DNA of 64,000 nucleotides. It comes from Eledone cirrhosa. Its lineage: Eukaryota. How positions within the stretch are numbered: position 1 is the stretch's first letter; every line of letters begins with the position of its first letter. Where the stretch lies: assembly GCA_964016885.1 (NCBI GenBank), contig OZ024743.1, positions 45,880,001 through 45,944,000 of the forward strand. The letters are read 5' to 3'. Shown in pieces: positions 60,870 through 64,000 of this stretch. Under the pieces are notes generated by a model, which was given only the letters and a program-made list of their open reading frames with translations, was not told the origin of the DNA and did not search any database. Made by a program: the position numbers and the translations under genes.

Positions 60870-61415
60870 TCTTTCTTCTCATGTTTTTATATATATTTAC
60901 CTCGGCTGCATTTGTCTGTTTCTCTCTTACTGCTTCCCCGCTCTCTCTGTTTCTCTCACCTTCTTTCGCCCCCTCTGTCAGTTACACTTTCTCTCGACTG
61001 ACCTCTTCCTCACACTTCCACTCACGCACTCTCTGTTTCTCCCCTTCTCACTTCCTCCCGTTTGGCTTGTGTGGGTCTCTTCTTGCTCACATCTCACACA
61101 CATCAACACGGTCTGTACCTCTCTCGCTCATGAAATCCACCCAGCTTATGCTGACCGGATAACCATGCTGCTTGTTTATTTTCCTATCTTCGGTTTGCTT
61201 TTATCTTTCTATGTTGTTTAATTGTCCCCCTCGCCTTACGCGAATTCTGAACCCAATAACTTTTTTTAGTTATTGCTCACACCAACCTGAGGTATCTGAT
61301 TTTTAATGCGATGAAATACCAATGATGGTTGGAAAATCACTGACGAAGGACTATTTTTATCATATGTAACCCATGTGCAAACCACGCAGTATTCTTCTTT
61401 CTTCTCATGTTTTTT
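59450..61415 (+). repeat. Cluster of three related ~520-bp terminally redundant pyrimidine-rich units in (TA)n
   Basis: AAGGACTATTTTTATCATATGTAACCC at 59455, 59976 and 61346. A diverged sister unit at ~60100-60720 repeats TTATACATAAATGCAAC. Confidence 0.75.
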
Positions 61416-61827
61416 ATATATATATATATATATATATAACGAAGGAATTGAGGTAAGGAACCAGATGGACCTTAACGCACCAAAGTACTCAATACTTAGG
61501 GTAGTAGAGTGGGTAATAGGAACAAGTATGACCCCGACGGCAGAGCTCAAGCCGTTTCGGCGGCTATTTCTGGACCATAGTCCCGAAATAGCTGTCGAAA
61601 CGGCTTGAGCTCTGCCGTCGGGGTCATACTTGTTCATATATATATATATATATATATAACGAAGGAATTCTGGTAAGGAACCAGATGGACCATAACGCAC
61701 CAAAGTACTCAATACTTAGGGTTGTAGAGTGGGTAATAGGAACAAGTATGACCCCGACGGCGGCAGTGTAGTCCAGAAATAGCCGTCGAAATGGCTTGAG
61801 CTCTGCCGTCGGGGTCATACTTGTTCC

Positions 61828-61858
<31 letters not shown>

Positions 61859-61892
61859 AAATGTGTGTAATCCTTGGTACAGTTAGGTATAT

Positions 61893-63684
<1,792 letters not shown>

Positions 63685-63686
<2 letters not shown>

Positions 63687-64000
63687 AAAGTTCTATTTAA
63701 ATTGTTGGGATACAACAAGAAAATATTTTTATAACTGATATAAAGCACTCAACAAATATTTGGAGTAAAAATACGATATTAACAAATGGAAACTATATTT
63801 ATAAAACCATATTTATTTCATTATACATATTTCAAGGACACCAAGTTAAATTATGGTGTGCTTTCATCAGATAAAATATAATATAGATCAGTTTTATAAA
63901 TAAATATTGACATACCCTTAAAAAATGCAACCATTACTGTTGGAAGCTCCGGGAGCTTCCAACAGTAATGGTTGCATTTTTTAAGGGTATGTCAATATTT
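63685..64000 (-). mobile_element. Inverted pLTR and fold-back of a sister subfamily of the 52098 element, running off the window
   Basis: Homologous to 52098-52385. Perfect hairpin centred on 63951. Confidence 0.85.
63814..63878 (-). ncRNA. Type I hammerhead, covariant of 52829-52893
   Basis: rc TATTTTAT-CTGATGA-AAG-c-ACACCA...TGGTGT-c-CTT-GAAA-TATGTA-TA-ATGAAATA. Confidence 0.9.

Overview
This is AT-rich eukaryotic DNA, most likely molluscan and probably cephalopod. That assignment is inferred from the SINE families, the extreme (TA)n load and a mollusc-type tyrosinase exon. Almost the whole window is repeats, and most ORFs in the supplied track are microsatellite artefacts. The only convincing host coding sequence is the first coding exon of a secreted tyrosinase-like gene (35600-35968). 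Decayed retroelements include at least four Penelope-like elements (PLEs: one near-complete Neptune-type and three Naiad-type, one lacking its RT), a tandem Tx1/L1, a CR1-group LINE, an RTE 3' end, two tRNA-derived SINE families and three MITEs. The main hidden signal is RNA structure. About a dozen sequence-distinct families of minimal type I hammerhead ribozymes (stem I-CUGANGA-stem II-GAAA-palindrome-UH-stem I) sit mostly in short units embedded in (TA)n, often with PLE-style inverted terminal copies. Two 310/311-bp tandem arrays carry one hammerhead per monomer, i.e. non-LTR retrozyme-like, candidate circular-RNA elements. Two hammerhead families show compensatory base changes between copies. 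All structures were read by eye, so outer element boundaries are approximate and no ribozyme activity is demonstrated.
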